From: the human T2T-CHM13v2.0 reference genome, Homo sapiens
Assembly: GCF_009914755.1 (NCBI RefSeq)
Contig: NC_060931.1
Reading direction: 5' to 3' (one strand)
Length of the DNA: 64,000 nt
Positions within the stretch are counted from its first letter, which is position 1, and the number at the start of each line of letters is the position of its first letter. Of the stretch, positions 1 through 15,280 are shown piece by piece. Under the pieces are notes generated by a model. It saw only the letters and a list, made by a program, of their open reading frames with translations. It was not told where the DNA came from and made no database searches. The position numbers and the translations under genes were made by a program.

Positions 1-561
1 CTGCATCAATGAATGAATGTGCTTTTAATTACATTAGTAAATATTTATAATGAGATAAAAGAGTTCTACTGATATTGCAGTGTAAATATCTTTAATGGCA
101 GGGCAAAATATGTAAATTGAATTATAGAAGTTCAGAACTGAAACAGAAATGAGAAAATTAGAAATTTTCCATACGGGAAAACTGAGTTCAAGAAAAGCTA
201 TAACTTGGCAATGGTCATGTTTGTAGTGCACAACATAATCTAATTCTCCTGAGTCCAAATAAAGCCCCAAATATAACCCATTATTATTATGCATTTTGTT
301 GCCTTACTACTATTAGCATATAGATTATTTGAATTTATATACTTTTAGGCTGTGCTATTTGCATGTGTCTGTATTCAACTGTTGTTTATCTCAAAAATAT
401 GTATTCCATTTGGCTCATCCTTAAATGTAATGGCTTAATAACTTTATTTTTTATCGATATTTTGAAAATATTTTTCATAAAAAATGAAACCTTCAAATAC
501 TGGAGGTTTCTGTTGTATTTAATTTTTTGAAAATCATTGTCTCTGTTATTTAATGAACAGT

Positions 562-930
562 ATTGTCTTCATGTTTTTGTACTGACATAATAGAGTTCCA
601 CAGGGTAGGTAATTTATAATTAACAGAAATGTACTTGGCTCATAGTACTGGAAGTGCAAGATTGAGGGGCTGGCATTAGGTAAGGGCCTTCTCGCTAAGT
701 CATCCCATGGTGGATGATGAGAGGGCAAGAGAGGGCTGAAATTGTCCTTTTGTAAAGAACCCACGTCTGAGAAACTGAACCTACTCCTGAGATAATGAGT
801 TTAATCTACTCAGGAGGGCACATGCCCCGTGACCCAAACACCTCCCACCAGGCCCCAACTCCCAACACTGCTGTGTTGAGAAACAAATTTCCAACATATG
901 AACTTTTGGGGACACATTCAAGTCATAGCA
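562..930 (-). mobile_element. ERVL-MaLR solo LTR (MSTC/MSTD/MLT1A-like)
   Basis: Typical MaLR motifs (aatttataat...acttggctcatagt; ccaggccccaactcccaacactg). Ends ...gacacattcaagtcatagca, the reverse complement of the TGCTATG..TTGAATGT start. Confidence 0.75.
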
Positions 931-1286
931 AGTATTATTCTTAAAATATATAAACTAAATATTTAATAATTAAAAATTTGTGGGGAATAAATTATTGTCT
1001 TTGGGGCAGAAATTAAGTATATACTTTATTTTTTCCATTAATTAAAAGCTTCCAATTCAAGATAACAGATACCGTAAAACTCTATAACTTTCTAAGACAA
1101 TGTTCAATACTTTTTATAAATAAACATCATTGTTTAAAAATTTTAGTTTCAAGAACATTTGATTTTTCAACCCATTGAGCGATGATTACTTATTTATGAA
1201 GGATGCTAATTAAGCCTAGAAGGAGAGGCAATCTACTACTTGTGTGTATGTTTATATTAGCCAAGGGAGTTATTGATTAAATTTTC

Positions 1287-3724
<2,438 letters not shown>

Positions 3725-3727
<3 letters not shown>

Positions 3728-4619
3728 CTCAAAATCGCTCAACTACAGGGAAACTGAACAACCTGCTCCTGAATGACTAGTGGGTACATAAGAAAATGAA
3801 GGCAGAAATAAAAATGTTCTTTGAAATCAGTGAGAACAAAGACACAACATGCCAGAATCTCTGGGACACATTTAAAGCAGTGTGTAGAGGGAAATTTATA
3901 GCACTAAATGCCCACAAGAGAAAGGAGGAAATATCTAAAATTGACACCCTAACATCACAATTAAAAGAACTAGAGAAGCAAGAGCAAACACATTCAAAAG
4001 CTAGCAGAAGGCAAGAAATAACTAAGATCTGAGCAGAACTGAAGGAGATAGAGACACAAACAACCCTTGAAAAAATCAATGAATCCAGGAGCTGGTTTTT
4101 TTGAAAAGATCAACAAAATTGACAGACTGCTATCAAGACTAATAAAGAAGAAAAGAGAGAAGAACCAAATAGACACAATAAAAAATGATAAAGGGGATAT
4201 CACCACCCTTCCCACAGAAATACAAACTACTATCAGAGAATACTATAAATACCTCTATGCAAATAAACTAGAAAATCTAGAAGAAATGGATAAATTACTG
4301 GACACATACAACCTCCCAAGACTAAACCGGGAAGAAGTTGAATCCCTGAATAGAGCAATAACAGGCTCTGAAATTGTGGCAATAATTAATAGCCTACCAA
4401 CCAAAAAAAGTCCAGGACCACACGGATTCACAGCTGAATTCTACCAGAGGTACAAAGAGGAGCTGGTACCATTCCTTCTGAAAGTATTCCAATCAATAGA
4501 AAAAGAGAGAATCCTCCCTAACTCATTTTATGAGGCCAGCATCATCCTGATACCAAAGCCTGGCAGAGACACAACAAAAAAAGAGAATTTTAGACCAATA
4601 TCCCTGATGAACATCGATG
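3725..4619 (+). mobile_element. Inverted 5' segment of the same L1 (ORF2 region between the endonuclease and RT domains)
   Basis: Plus-strand ORF2p fragments 3796-4032 ([20 protein letters not shown]) and 4067-4657 ([13 protein letters not shown]...[12 protein letters not shown]). TSD taaattttc at 1278-1286 and 4620-4628 brackets both segments. Confidence 0.93.
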
Positions 4620-5189
4620 TAAATTTTCATAGTAACATTATTTACTTTATCCACTGATGATGATATTTAATATATTTGCTGAATTGCACAGTATCCACTT
4701 AACAAAATCAAACTTTAAGGACTACAGCTTGGATTTCTTGTGCCAAACGATCAAACAGTAAAAGCACTGACAATTTAGCCTAGGGATAGCCGCAGTGATA
4801 GATGAGGCAGACAAGTCAATCGAGAATAATGAGCCATAAGAGAAACAATTGATCATTTTATTTGACTGTTCGATTTAAAATATGCACATGGCTTGGGGGC
4901 TCCCTGTCACATTTATACACAGAAATTCCCTTATTTCTTTCACTTTTTCAGCACACATTCGTTGGCGGTTTATTAAGTGGCAGTCACTCTGCCTGTCACA
5001 AAGTCATCTAGAAATTATAGTCAAAGATCTCACTAAGCAAGATTGTGACTATTTGTGGGTCCCCTTCAACCTACTGTGATACAGCCACCACTCAATATTT
5101 ATTGTGTATTTTAGGGACTGCTCTAGGATAGCTGCAACAAGAAACTGAGATAAGTGAGGAATTAGGAGCTATAAGAAGAGTAACACTTT

Positions 5190-5560
<371 letters not shown>

Positions 5561-6844
5561 TTATGAGGCTTGTGCAGAAAGGCTAAATGGATGAGGTGAC
5601 TTGAGTGCGCCCTGAAGAAAGAGGATCATTTCCCTGCAGAGAGAAGAAGGAACAGAGAGAAGGAATGGCATATGCACAACATAAACAAGTAAAAGGGCAC
5701 GGTGGGAGGGTGCCCTTCAGTGGGCTGGCCCTCGTCTGTGGTGAGGGAGAATGGTGAAAGACAGACTGAAGAGGAATTTGGAATTTGTCACTGGGACCAA
5801 ATATTGAGTTGGGAACAGCCACAGCAGCACAGACGAGCTAGGAAGCACGGAGAGGCAGACTTCAGGGGATGCAGGCTTCATGGCAAAAACATCATAACTA
5901 AAGGTGAGCTCTGGACAGAGAGTAAACCTCTTGGACTCCCTGCTTCCCAGGTAGATCTTTTTTCTTCTTTCACTTGAAGCCACTTAAAAGATGGAGCACC
6001 CTCAATGAAGTTAGGGGCATGGGAGAGATCCAAAATAGGTAAAGGATTTTTTATTTGAAAAATGTGTAAAAAACAAAGTGAATTATGATTCATACGTGCA
6101 TTTGAAGGGGGACACTGCTCATTTTTAGGCAAACTATACTGTGTGATTCTTAAGTTCCCCCAGCAAAATTGTCCTTCTGAGAGGGCTTGTGATTTGAACC
6201 CTTTCTTCCTGGGAGTAATAAGAGTTTTTCCCATTTCCAGGGCAAGTGCCCTGTTGTGGCACCATCCTTTCCCCTGGTCCAGGTGTTCTCCCCTGGAACA
6301 TGCAATTCTCATAGTCTGGGAGACTAGATCAGAGAAGGTGTCTGAGCAGGGCGCTGTGAGCAAAGCAGATGATCTGATGTGTTATCCCTTCCCTAGGCAC
6401 TCTTAGTGGGAAACTGAGAATCACAAACTCTGTGTCTGTGTCTAACTCTCCTTTTCAATGTGCTTGTTAAGAACTCTGTGAGCATAAAAACCGGGGTGGA
6501 GGGGAAGCTGAATGGTATGAAATCCTGGAAACCAGGAAGCTTCAGGAAATGGCTTGTAGGAAAAGGGAGCTTGGGGCCTTTTTTGAAGCTTGCAGCAGGC
6601 AGAGGAGCTGTGCAATTCAGCGGGCATGACTCATAAGGCAGCTGCTGGCTGTGAAGACATGGGACTAGAGGCTGAGTCCAAGCTTGGCTAGTAGGTTCCC
6701 ATCCCAGCTGCCAGACCAGAACATCCCTGAGGGTATGCTTTCTGGGGGCTGTCAATAATTCACTTCCAGTTTGTTGCTGCCATAAGAAATAACATTTTAG
6801 TACATTTTACTCATTTGGAGTTTATGACATCCTTGCACTTAGAG

Positions 6845-6965
6845 AAGGTGGTATTACTCCCATCTTACAGCTGGTGAAAGGGAGGTTAAGGGAACATAGC
6901 CAGCTGTTTGGCCTCACCTAGCTGGTAAACTGCAGATCTCTAATTTGGATTTGTGCCTTCTAAGT
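6845..6965 (-). mobile_element. MIR fragment
   Basis: attactcccatcttacagctggtgaaa...gaggtt resembles the reverse-complement MIR core. Confidence 0.55.
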
Positions 6966-7956
6966 CATCAGTCTCAGGGTCCCCCAATGCTACTATTCTT
7001 TCTCTAAGAGCCCTTTTGAGGCTGTGTCTGTCATGGCAACAGAGCTGCAAGGATTGTGGGGTAAGTGACAGTTCTGGGCAGGAGGGCCCTCAGAGCAGGT
7101 GACAGAGAGTGAGCAGAGGGGAGAGAGATGGAAGGCTCCGAGGAGGTCAGAAGCTGCTAGGAGAGAGATTTTTCCCCAAGTCAGCAACCTTGCAGCATTG
7201 GTCTCTATGAGGAGCAACTCAAATTCAGCTAGATTTAAAATGCTAGAGTCTTCCAGTGCACTAGCAGAGTCCTACACAAGAGCCTGAGACAAGAAAAGAC
7301 AGAGGCGAACGACACGTATCAGCATTCTTGGGATCATACACCCACTCTCATTCTCCTAACAGTCATTCAGCTTTTGATTTCAGCATTGACCAATTCAGCA
7401 GAAATTTCTACCCAGAACCAGTGATTTCAGGCCTCTTAAAAACCAGTGGTATTTATCTGGGTTTTGTCTTCAGCAGCCTCATCATTGCCTGATTGCCTCG
7501 CAGTTCTCGAGGGGAGGCTGGCAGCCACGGCAGCGTCTTTATCATAAAGATGATGTTACCTTTCTCTCTCCTGATTTCCCTTCGGCTTTTATGTAGTACT
7601 TGAAGGTGAAATATTCTATAGAACATTTTGTACAGTATGTTCTCGTTTCTTTAAAAACACAACACAACAAAACAACTTGTATATGCACAGAAACTACCTG
7701 GGAATCAGGTTAACAGGGCTTCACTCCACAGCTGCTGCTGGGGACTGGAATGCTGCTGGCAGGTGGCTGGGGGGGGTCACATTTTCTTTTATACATTTTA
7801 TTATGTAGTATTTTTTAAAGCTTGAATTACTTAGGTAATAAAGTAACACTTTATTGAGTAAATGGAAAATCTACTTAGATATATGAAACTTTTAAAAAAT
7901 AGAACTTTAAAATTAAAGAAAACTGGATTCTTTTACATTTGCATCTCAGCATCACC

Positions 7957-8020
7957 CAATATACCTTTGTAACAGACATGCATATGTACCCCCTGAATCT
8001 GTAATAAAAGTTGAAAAAAA
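7957..8020 (+). mobile_element. Very short L1 3'-end fragment (L1PA/PB-type)
   Basis: tgtaacagacatgcatatgtaccccctgaatctgtaataaaagttgaaaaaaa matches the L1 3' terminus plus A-tail. Confidence 0.7.
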
Positions 8021-8358
8021 TTTAAATGCCCTTCTCTGAGTGTTGTAGGATATACTGATAGACTCCGGACGCATGTCCAAGTCAGAGTTTGGTTTTCAGG
8101 TTGGAGATGTCCTGGCTTAAATTGTCTAGAAAGATGATATCTTTTACTGTTTCTGTGCCATGAAGATGTGTGTAACATACCATCTCCCTCTACCTCCCAC
8201 CCCCAACACCATATGAAGGAGCCATTTCGTTATGCAAAGAATACAATCTGAAATGGCTTAAGGGGACTTGATTGGCTAGGAGCTGCCCATGGCAAGCAAA
8301 ACACATGGAATATGAAGATATGGAACTGCTAAGAGGACCCCCCAGACACGACTTTATG

Positions 8359-8691
8359 CAGAGGCTCCTTCTTAGCTGTGAAGGATATGTTCAAAAACCC
8401 GCAGCGGCTTCCTGAAACCACGGATAGGACTGAGCCTTATAATACACTATGTTTTTTCCTATACTTACATACCTATGATAAAGTTTAATTTGTAAATTAG
8501 GCATAGCAAGACTAACAACAATGACTAGTAGTAAAATCAAATGATTGTAACAATATGCCAGCATCAGTACCTCGGTGCTTTAGGGCCATTATTAGGTAAA
8601 ATAAGAGCGACTTGAACATAAACACTGAGATACCGTGACAGTCCATCTGAAAATGAGACGGATCTGAAAAGAAGGACAGGTTTCATCACAC
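8359..8691 (-). mobile_element. MER44/Tigger7 DNA transposon, left part (interrupted by ERV)
   Basis: ggatatgttcaaaaacccgcag...tgataaagtttaatttgtaaattaggca...ttattaggtaaaataag. The sequence resumes seamlessly at 14259 after the provirus. Confidence 0.8.
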
Positions 8692-9091
8692 TGACAGATG
8701 CAGGAGGCTGATAAGGAGGGTCCCTTGAGGATCTCTGACCCACCTCACAAGTGTTTACATCAGACGCTTTTGATCAGATGAGAAAACCTGCCCAGGGTCT
8801 TGTCTGCGCATGCCTGGAATGGACTGGGGACCTACCTGCACTGGGAAGATGGGGTGGAGCCATGGGAAGTTCATGCCTTGTGCAGGGGGAGGAGCTGGGC
8901 CTCTTCAGCTAGTATGTGGTGGCTGGTATTCAATCTGTGAGGTGGGAGCCATTGGCAGGATTCCCTCTCACTTTGCTGAGTGTTTTCTTTCTGCTCTTCT
9001 CACCCTTCAATGTGTCCACATGCCTAATTTTTTCTGGTTAAGACACAAGAACGTGGATTTAGCTGAACTAAGGAGCAAAAATTCTGCATCA
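8692..9091 (+). repeat. 5' LTR of the ERV1 provirus
   Basis: tgacagatgcaggaggctgataagg...aaggagcaaaaattctgcatca is a direct repeat of 13822-14254, but lacks the AATAAA-containing segment seen in the 3' LTR. Confidence 0.9.
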
Positions 9092-9094
9092 TTG

Positions 9095-9112
9095 AGATGG
9101 CCCATATGGGGA
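9095..9112 (+). other. Degenerate retroviral primer-binding site, tRNA-Ile-like
   Basis: agatggcccatatgggga vs TGGTGGCCCGTACGGGGA (complement of the tRNA-Ile(AAU) 3' end). Two of the four mismatches are CpG decay; it lies 3 nt after the 5' LTR. Confidence 0.6.
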
Positions 9113-12100
9113 CATGAGGAAGGGTGCGTAAGGTGCGGATGAAAAAATCTTTTTCCCTTTTATTTCTAAGACTTTTTGTTCTTGGACTTCTTCTTAGGGT
9201 AGAGAAAACTGCGCCTGCCACTGTCCATATCACTCTCAGGGATTGGGAATGGCAGTGTCAGTCCAATTCAGCCTTTCTATGGGATTTTCCTTCCTTTTTT
9301 TGGGATGGACAGGCGAGCAGCCAGATATGGCCCAACATCCATGCATGGCAGACTGGCCAGTGTTCCCTGCCATGTGTCCAAAGAGTCTTCACCTCCAAGT
9401 CTTCCCCTCCCCTGGCCAGGAAGTCCAGCTCCATCTAACAGCAATAAGGTTTTTCTCCCTGTTGGAGAAAACCATTTGCCTAAGAATAAGAGGTGATCAC
9501 CCCAAGCATCTTTCAAACCCTGCACTTTAAGCGGTTTTTTTGTTTTGTTTTCTTTTTCTTTTTTTTTTTTTTTACCCAGTTAGCTGTTAACACAGCCCTG
9601 AACTTTAAATGTTGTTTTGCTTTTTTTTCTTTTCTCCCCCAGGTCAGGAGTTAACTTTTAAGGGAGAGTTTTTTCCATTTAGAAAACATTTTACTAGGCC
9701 AGGACCCCAATTATCACTGTTTATATCCTCTGTAAACAGTGATGTTGTTTTTGTGAGGTTGGTCTCAAGCTGTAGCCAATCTGGTGTACTTTGCATGTCT
9801 TTCTGTGTAATCAGTAGCAAACTTTGCTGCAGGCCTCCAACTTGTTTTATGTATTTGGGAGTGTGACCTGTAATCATGTGGCAGTACTTTGTTTTAGCCT
9901 CCACCATTTTACAATGACAGCCCAGGTTCAATCCTGGCTTAGGGAATGAGTTCTTTCTGGTTTGGTATCTGCATCACTGTTGCCATTTATTGATTCTCTT
10001 CTCCTCCATAAACCACCTTGGATTTTACTTTCTTTAAGCCTTTAAAATACTTGGCCACTTGGTACAGCTAAAGCCAGGTAATAAGGGATTTGAAAAGATT
10101 TTCTTAAAGAACACTCAGCTTAATTAAAGTGGATATCCAAGTTATAATATATTTAAAAGGCTTTTATGTTTTTCTCTTCTGGGATCTTGTTTTGATGGAA
10201 AAGGGTTTTTTCTCAGTCAACTGAATTATTTTTCTCCATTTTACCTTGCCACTCTTAATGCATGCATGAAAGGGGAGAGACCTCTGTTTTCCTCATGGGG
10301 CTCCAGGAATTAAAAGTAGATCCCTTTAAAAATCTGTTTTTGTATTTCGGCTATCCCTGTTTATTAGGCCCTAGAAACCACATGTTTTCCCAGTCTTGCT
10401 CTTAAAGGGCTCCACCCAGAGGCCAATAATCCAATTAGTAGATGGGCAAAAAAACAACCTTCTAGCTATTGGATCTTTCTCTGTCGGTCTATGTAGTTAT
10501 ATATGTGTTTTGTGTGTGTGATGTCTGTAAAAAAATTAGCTCTAATTAATTGACTTAAAGAAGGGAATTTGTAAGGGGGAGATAAAGGTTGTGGTACCTT
10601 TTAGTTCACATGATTTTAATATTTGAGAAATAAGAGCAGCCTTAAAGATTACTGGTAAAATGCAGAAGTCATCAAAATTAAATTTTTGCCTAGGGTTAAA
10701 GGATTGTTTTGAATTAGATAAGATAAAGGTAAAAGTGCAAACAAGCTGTGGAAGGATTGTAAAAATTAATCTTGCAAAAGAAATTCCATGTGTGAACATA
10801 ATGACTAAATTCAAAAGGGTATGATATGGTTTTTCTGTAAATTGAGCATTGAAATAAAAGCACAACAAGCTACTCTTAAGGCACTAATCTGCTCTTTGGC
10901 AAAATTTGTAAAGGGTTAGAAAAGGTTTTTCTTTTTAAAATTTCTGAATCATCATTTTGGCAAAATAAATAACTTATGGCAATCTGGAATTCTATTTCAT
11001 AACATCAAGAGTTTTAAACCTCTAACACATTTAACAGGCCTCCCCAAATCAAACATCAGTTTCAAAATTGTCTTTCCTGACAACTGGCTTTTGGATGCTA
11101 CAGAGAGAATCTGCAGCATCCAGAAGAGAAGTAAGCAGGATTATTTGACATGTTTAAGTACACAGGATTACCAAAATGATGTTTAATGTTCTTTATGTTA
11201 TATTTTAGGGAAAATATTAATATATGTTCCAAAATTGTATGGGATTTCTAAAGTTCTAATATCTGAGTATATGCTATCAATCACAATTAAGGTTGTTATG
11301 TTAAGTTATTATAAACCACTGAGATAACCAAATGACTTTATCAATTGTGTTTCTAACTGTAACTACCCTGAATATTTTGTTTCTCAGAGACCATTGTCTT
11401 GTTTTGATCCTCTTCAAAAGACAGTTTATAGTCAACTACAGAAATTTGATATCTGCTTTCAAATGCAGGTTTCTGATAACTTTGGAGATTGTGACATTGG
11501 AATAAAGGAAAATTGTACAGGACTCATAAAGAGCTGAAGTGTTCATGAATATCAAGCAAAACAGAGTTACCTGAATGGACTGAACTAATAGAAAACTGAA
11601 TTAATCTTTTTGACTTCTGCTTGGAACATTGCTGATCCATGCTTTGTTTTTCAGAATCAAGGAAACTTATCTTAACCTTGAGTAAGGTATACTCCTGTGA
11701 ACAAAATTTGGAGCATATTTACCTCTCTCTCTTTCTGGCTTCTCCAGAATTTGGAAACTAGTTGTGAGTATTCTTACCTTATGGCAATATAGTTGTTTGC
11801 ATCAGTGCAATAATAATCCATTTTCTTTTGCAATGAGATGCAATTGGAGAAACTTGGTGTGTCACCAAGGCTTTGACTGGAATGGTATGCTTCTCTTTAA
11901 GCAGTCAAGCTTGACTACTAGAGCTGATAAAAGCCCCTTGGTAAAACTGGCCTCATACCCTGTCTACACCATCCCTGTACAGGGTTCCTAACCTGCAGTG
12001 AATAAAGAATGTCACTTTTTAACAGGCCCAAGAAACTCGTTTTCTTGGGACCTCAAGAAAAGAGGAGTTTACCCAACTCACAGGTATTTGAGGGTACAAC

Positions 12101-13821
12101 CCCATAGCTGGGCTCAGCTTTAAAAATCCTATCTGAGATTCCTTGTGAAACAGAGTTCCATCAAAGCCAATGCAAAAGGCTTATGTAAAAATAATTATTC
12201 TTGTGGAACTTTATGCAAATCATCAGGCCAAGTATAAGGCTAAACTCTATTTTGCAAATAACTCAGTCATATCATGATTTGTTTTTAACAAAAATGAGGA
12301 TTGGAGAGAGAGAAATTATGTTTCAAAACTTATCTCACATTTGTCATAAATTCTAGACTCCTTAGTTGTTTTTAAGTTTTTGCTTACATTTCAGGCTAAC
12401 CTTGTTTATTCCTGTGAACCAACCAGCAATCTCCAACTGCAGCTCAGAAGGAACAAAAGGAGATGGGAAATGTAAACATCTGGATCAATATTCTAGTTCT
12501 GAGCAATTATCCTGCAGATCCTGCCAGGTGATGGGAATAAAACAGGATACCCATCATCCAGAGGTTTCCTTTTTGGGAAAGTAAGGCCAAGGCAGCTAAC
12601 CAAAGCCAAGCCCCATGCACCCAAATCTTGGCAAGCATAACTATAGCCACCAGTTATCTGTGCATGTCACAAGACATCTTTTTCTCTCCCTTGTTGGAGG
12701 AGGACTGAATTCCACAGCTTCATTTTAGCATTTGGCTTATAGTAAGGAGTCCATGCAGCCCCCTCAAAACATATTTTTGGTTCCAAACTCAATTCCAAGC
12801 TTTGGGTAGAAGTCTCATGAAAGAAAACTGGATCTGAGGGATCCAGAAGCAGATGATAATGGAAGTTAAAAGGCACAGTGCAGGTAAGCGTGACTGATTC
12901 CTGCTGATTAAGCCAAGCTTCCCATTTCATGGATAAAGCCATGCTAGTATCCATAGCATAAATGAGGTGTAGGGAATTCTAAGGCTACTGAAACAGGGGA
13001 GATAGGGCGTACAAAGCCCCCTGGCCCACGTTAACATAAGTGAAAGCCTCTTTGATTCCCTGTCACTCTTGCTGGGACTTGGGATATAAGAATGGAAGAA
13101 AGAAAGAGAAATGACTCACTTTCTCCCCCTCAAACACCCTGGGTGTTCACTAGAAAAGAGTAGGGAACCTGAGATGCCTCACTCCCGTCTTTCTACATGA
13201 GTAGCTATTCATCTTCAGTGTGTACCCCTTTCAAATGCATCCTGAACCCCTAGGACTCCTTTGAAAAAAAAATGCCCTCTTTTTTCTTTTTCCTCCTCTG
13301 TCCTCTCTTCACAGATAGGTAATTTTGTCTCCATGCTACAGGACTTTCCCCTTGGATACATCCTCCAAACTGGGAAAAGTTAATTTCCCAAACCTTAAAC
13401 TGGTTGGCTTAAGATTGGGCTTGGGGAAGGAAACCCAGAAGCTTGACATGCTGGCAAAGGGGAAACATTTGTTTTTTTACCAGTCAGGCTTTTGGCCTCC
13501 CTCTTCCTGTGCGAATTGGTAAAAGGCCTTGGGATTTTTTAGCTGTCCTTACCCCACCTTGTTTCCTTTTGATACATCTTTTCTAACAACCCAGTTTGTC
13601 TCTTCTCACCTTCAAGACATCAAACTTCAAATAGTCATGCAACCAGAGCCTCTGACTATGGCCCCTTCTGCCAGGGGACCCTTAGGTCAGTCCCTGAGTG
13701 AGCTGACTGCCATTTGCCCAAAGCAGCGCCCCCTGTCAGCAGGAAGCAGATAAGATCAATCTTCGTCCTTACCTTATCCTTATTCTAATGGTAGTTAAAT
13801 ATACTTCTTTAGACTGGGGAA

Positions 13822-14254
13822 TGATAGATGTAGGAAGCAGATAAGGGTGGGGGGGCTGTCCCTGGAGAATCTCCCACCTGCCCCACAAGGATTTACATCA
13901 GATGTTTTTGTGCAGGTGAGAGACTCTGCCCAGGGTCTTTTCTGTGCTTGCCTGCAATGGACTGGGGACCCACCCATGCTCTGGGAGGATGGGGTTGAGT
14001 CATGGGAAATTTGTGCCTTGGGCAGGTAGGAGGAGCCTGCCCTCTTCAGTTCATGTGGGGTGGACTGGTATTCAATCTGTGTGGTGGGAGCCCATTAGCA
14101 GGGCTCCCTCTTGTTTTGTTGAGTCGTTTTTTATTTTTATTTTTATTTTTTCCCCTTTTTGCCCAATAAATTCTGCTCTCCTCACCCTTCAATGTGACCA
14201 CTTGCCTAATTTTTCTTGGTTACAGCTGAATGAAGGAGCAAAAATTCTGCATCA
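13822..14254 (+). repeat. 3' LTR of the ERV1 provirus
   Basis: Direct repeat of the 5' LTR; poly(A) signal AATAAA at 14165-14170. Confidence 0.9.
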
Positions 14255-14258
14255 ACAC

Positions 14259-14350
14259 TATGCAGAATGGTGCACAATTTAAACCATATGAATTGCTTAT
14301 TTCTGGAATGTTCCATTAATATTTTAGGACCACAGTTGATCTTGGAATAT
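14259..14350 (-). mobile_element. MER44/Tigger7, right part
   Basis: tatgcagaatggtgcacaatttaaaccatatgaattgcttatttctggaatgttccatt continues tttcatcacac from 8681-8691. Confidence 0.75.
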
Positions 14351-14599
14351 TGCTCTGTAATACCCCATAATAATATTGAAAAATAGAGCATATAGCAACC
14401 AATACATGGTAAAAACATTCTATTTCCCAACTTCTTCCACCAGCGCTACGATTTCAGCCAATAATTTCCAAGTTATTAAAGTTTTGGTGTTTGGCTTTAC
14501 CAATTTTTGTTTCACTACATGGCATGGGTCTCAATTGTTTAAGTCTCAGAGAAGCTTCCTCGCTGCATGCCACCCAAACCTAAAGCCGGTGGCTTCATT

Positions 14600-15066
14600 T
14601 TATATATATATATATAAAATGTGTGTATATATATTATATATATATTTTATATATAATGTGTGTATATATATTATATATATATTTTATATATAATGTGTAT
14701 ATATTATATATATTTATATATAATGTGTATATATTTTATATATATAATGTGTATATATTATATATTTTATATATATAATGTGTATATATATTATATATAT
14801 TATATATTTTTATATATATAATGTGTTTATATTATATATATTTTATATATAATGTGTATATATAATATATATTTTATATATATTATATATAATGTGTATA
14901 TATATAATATATATAATGTGTATATATATTATATATATAATGTGTATATATATTATATATATAATGTGTATATATATTATATATATAATGTGTATATATA
15001 TATTATATATATAATGTGTATATATATATTATATATATAATGTGTATATATATATATTATATATAT
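14600..15066. repeat. AT-rich minisatellite, ~22-30-bp unit (ATATAATGTGTATATATATTAT-like)
   Basis: Repeated TATAATGTGTATATA cores, with the units most regular at 14880-15060. Confidence 0.95.
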
Positions 15067-15084
15067 GGTATAAGGAGGTAATTA

Positions 15085-15280
15085 ATAGAGAAAGTTTAAG
15101 CATGAGTGTGGTCTTGGAGCCATCTTTTCTGGGTTGGAATGCCAATTCTGCTAGCTTTTACTAGCTGGAAAACGCTGGGCAAGTTACTTAAACATTATTT
15201 TCCCACCTGCAAAAACAGATTGCCTTGTTGAGTAAGATATTGGATGTTTCTAAAGCCATTGCTATGCCTGAGACAGAATG
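15085..15280 (+). mobile_element. MIR
   Basis: tggagcc...ctgggttggaatgccaattctgc...tactagctg...tgggcaagttacttaa matches the MIR core. Confidence 0.7.

Larger units (their letters stand above)
8692..14254 (+). mobile_element. Non-autonomous ERV1 (MER4-group; MER83/MER61-like LTRs) provirus with both LTRs
   Basis: TG...CA LTRs at 8692-9091 and 13822-14254. 4-bp TSD acac at 8688-8691 and 14255-14258. Degenerate PBS at ~9095-9112 and PPT agactggggaa at 13811-13821. The AT-rich internal region has no long ORF. Confidence 0.9.

Noticed and set aside
14376-15040. Tyr/Ile-rich ORFs; regular repeat as a CRISPR-like array
   Set aside because: AT minisatellite with no unique spacers, in a eukaryotic context.
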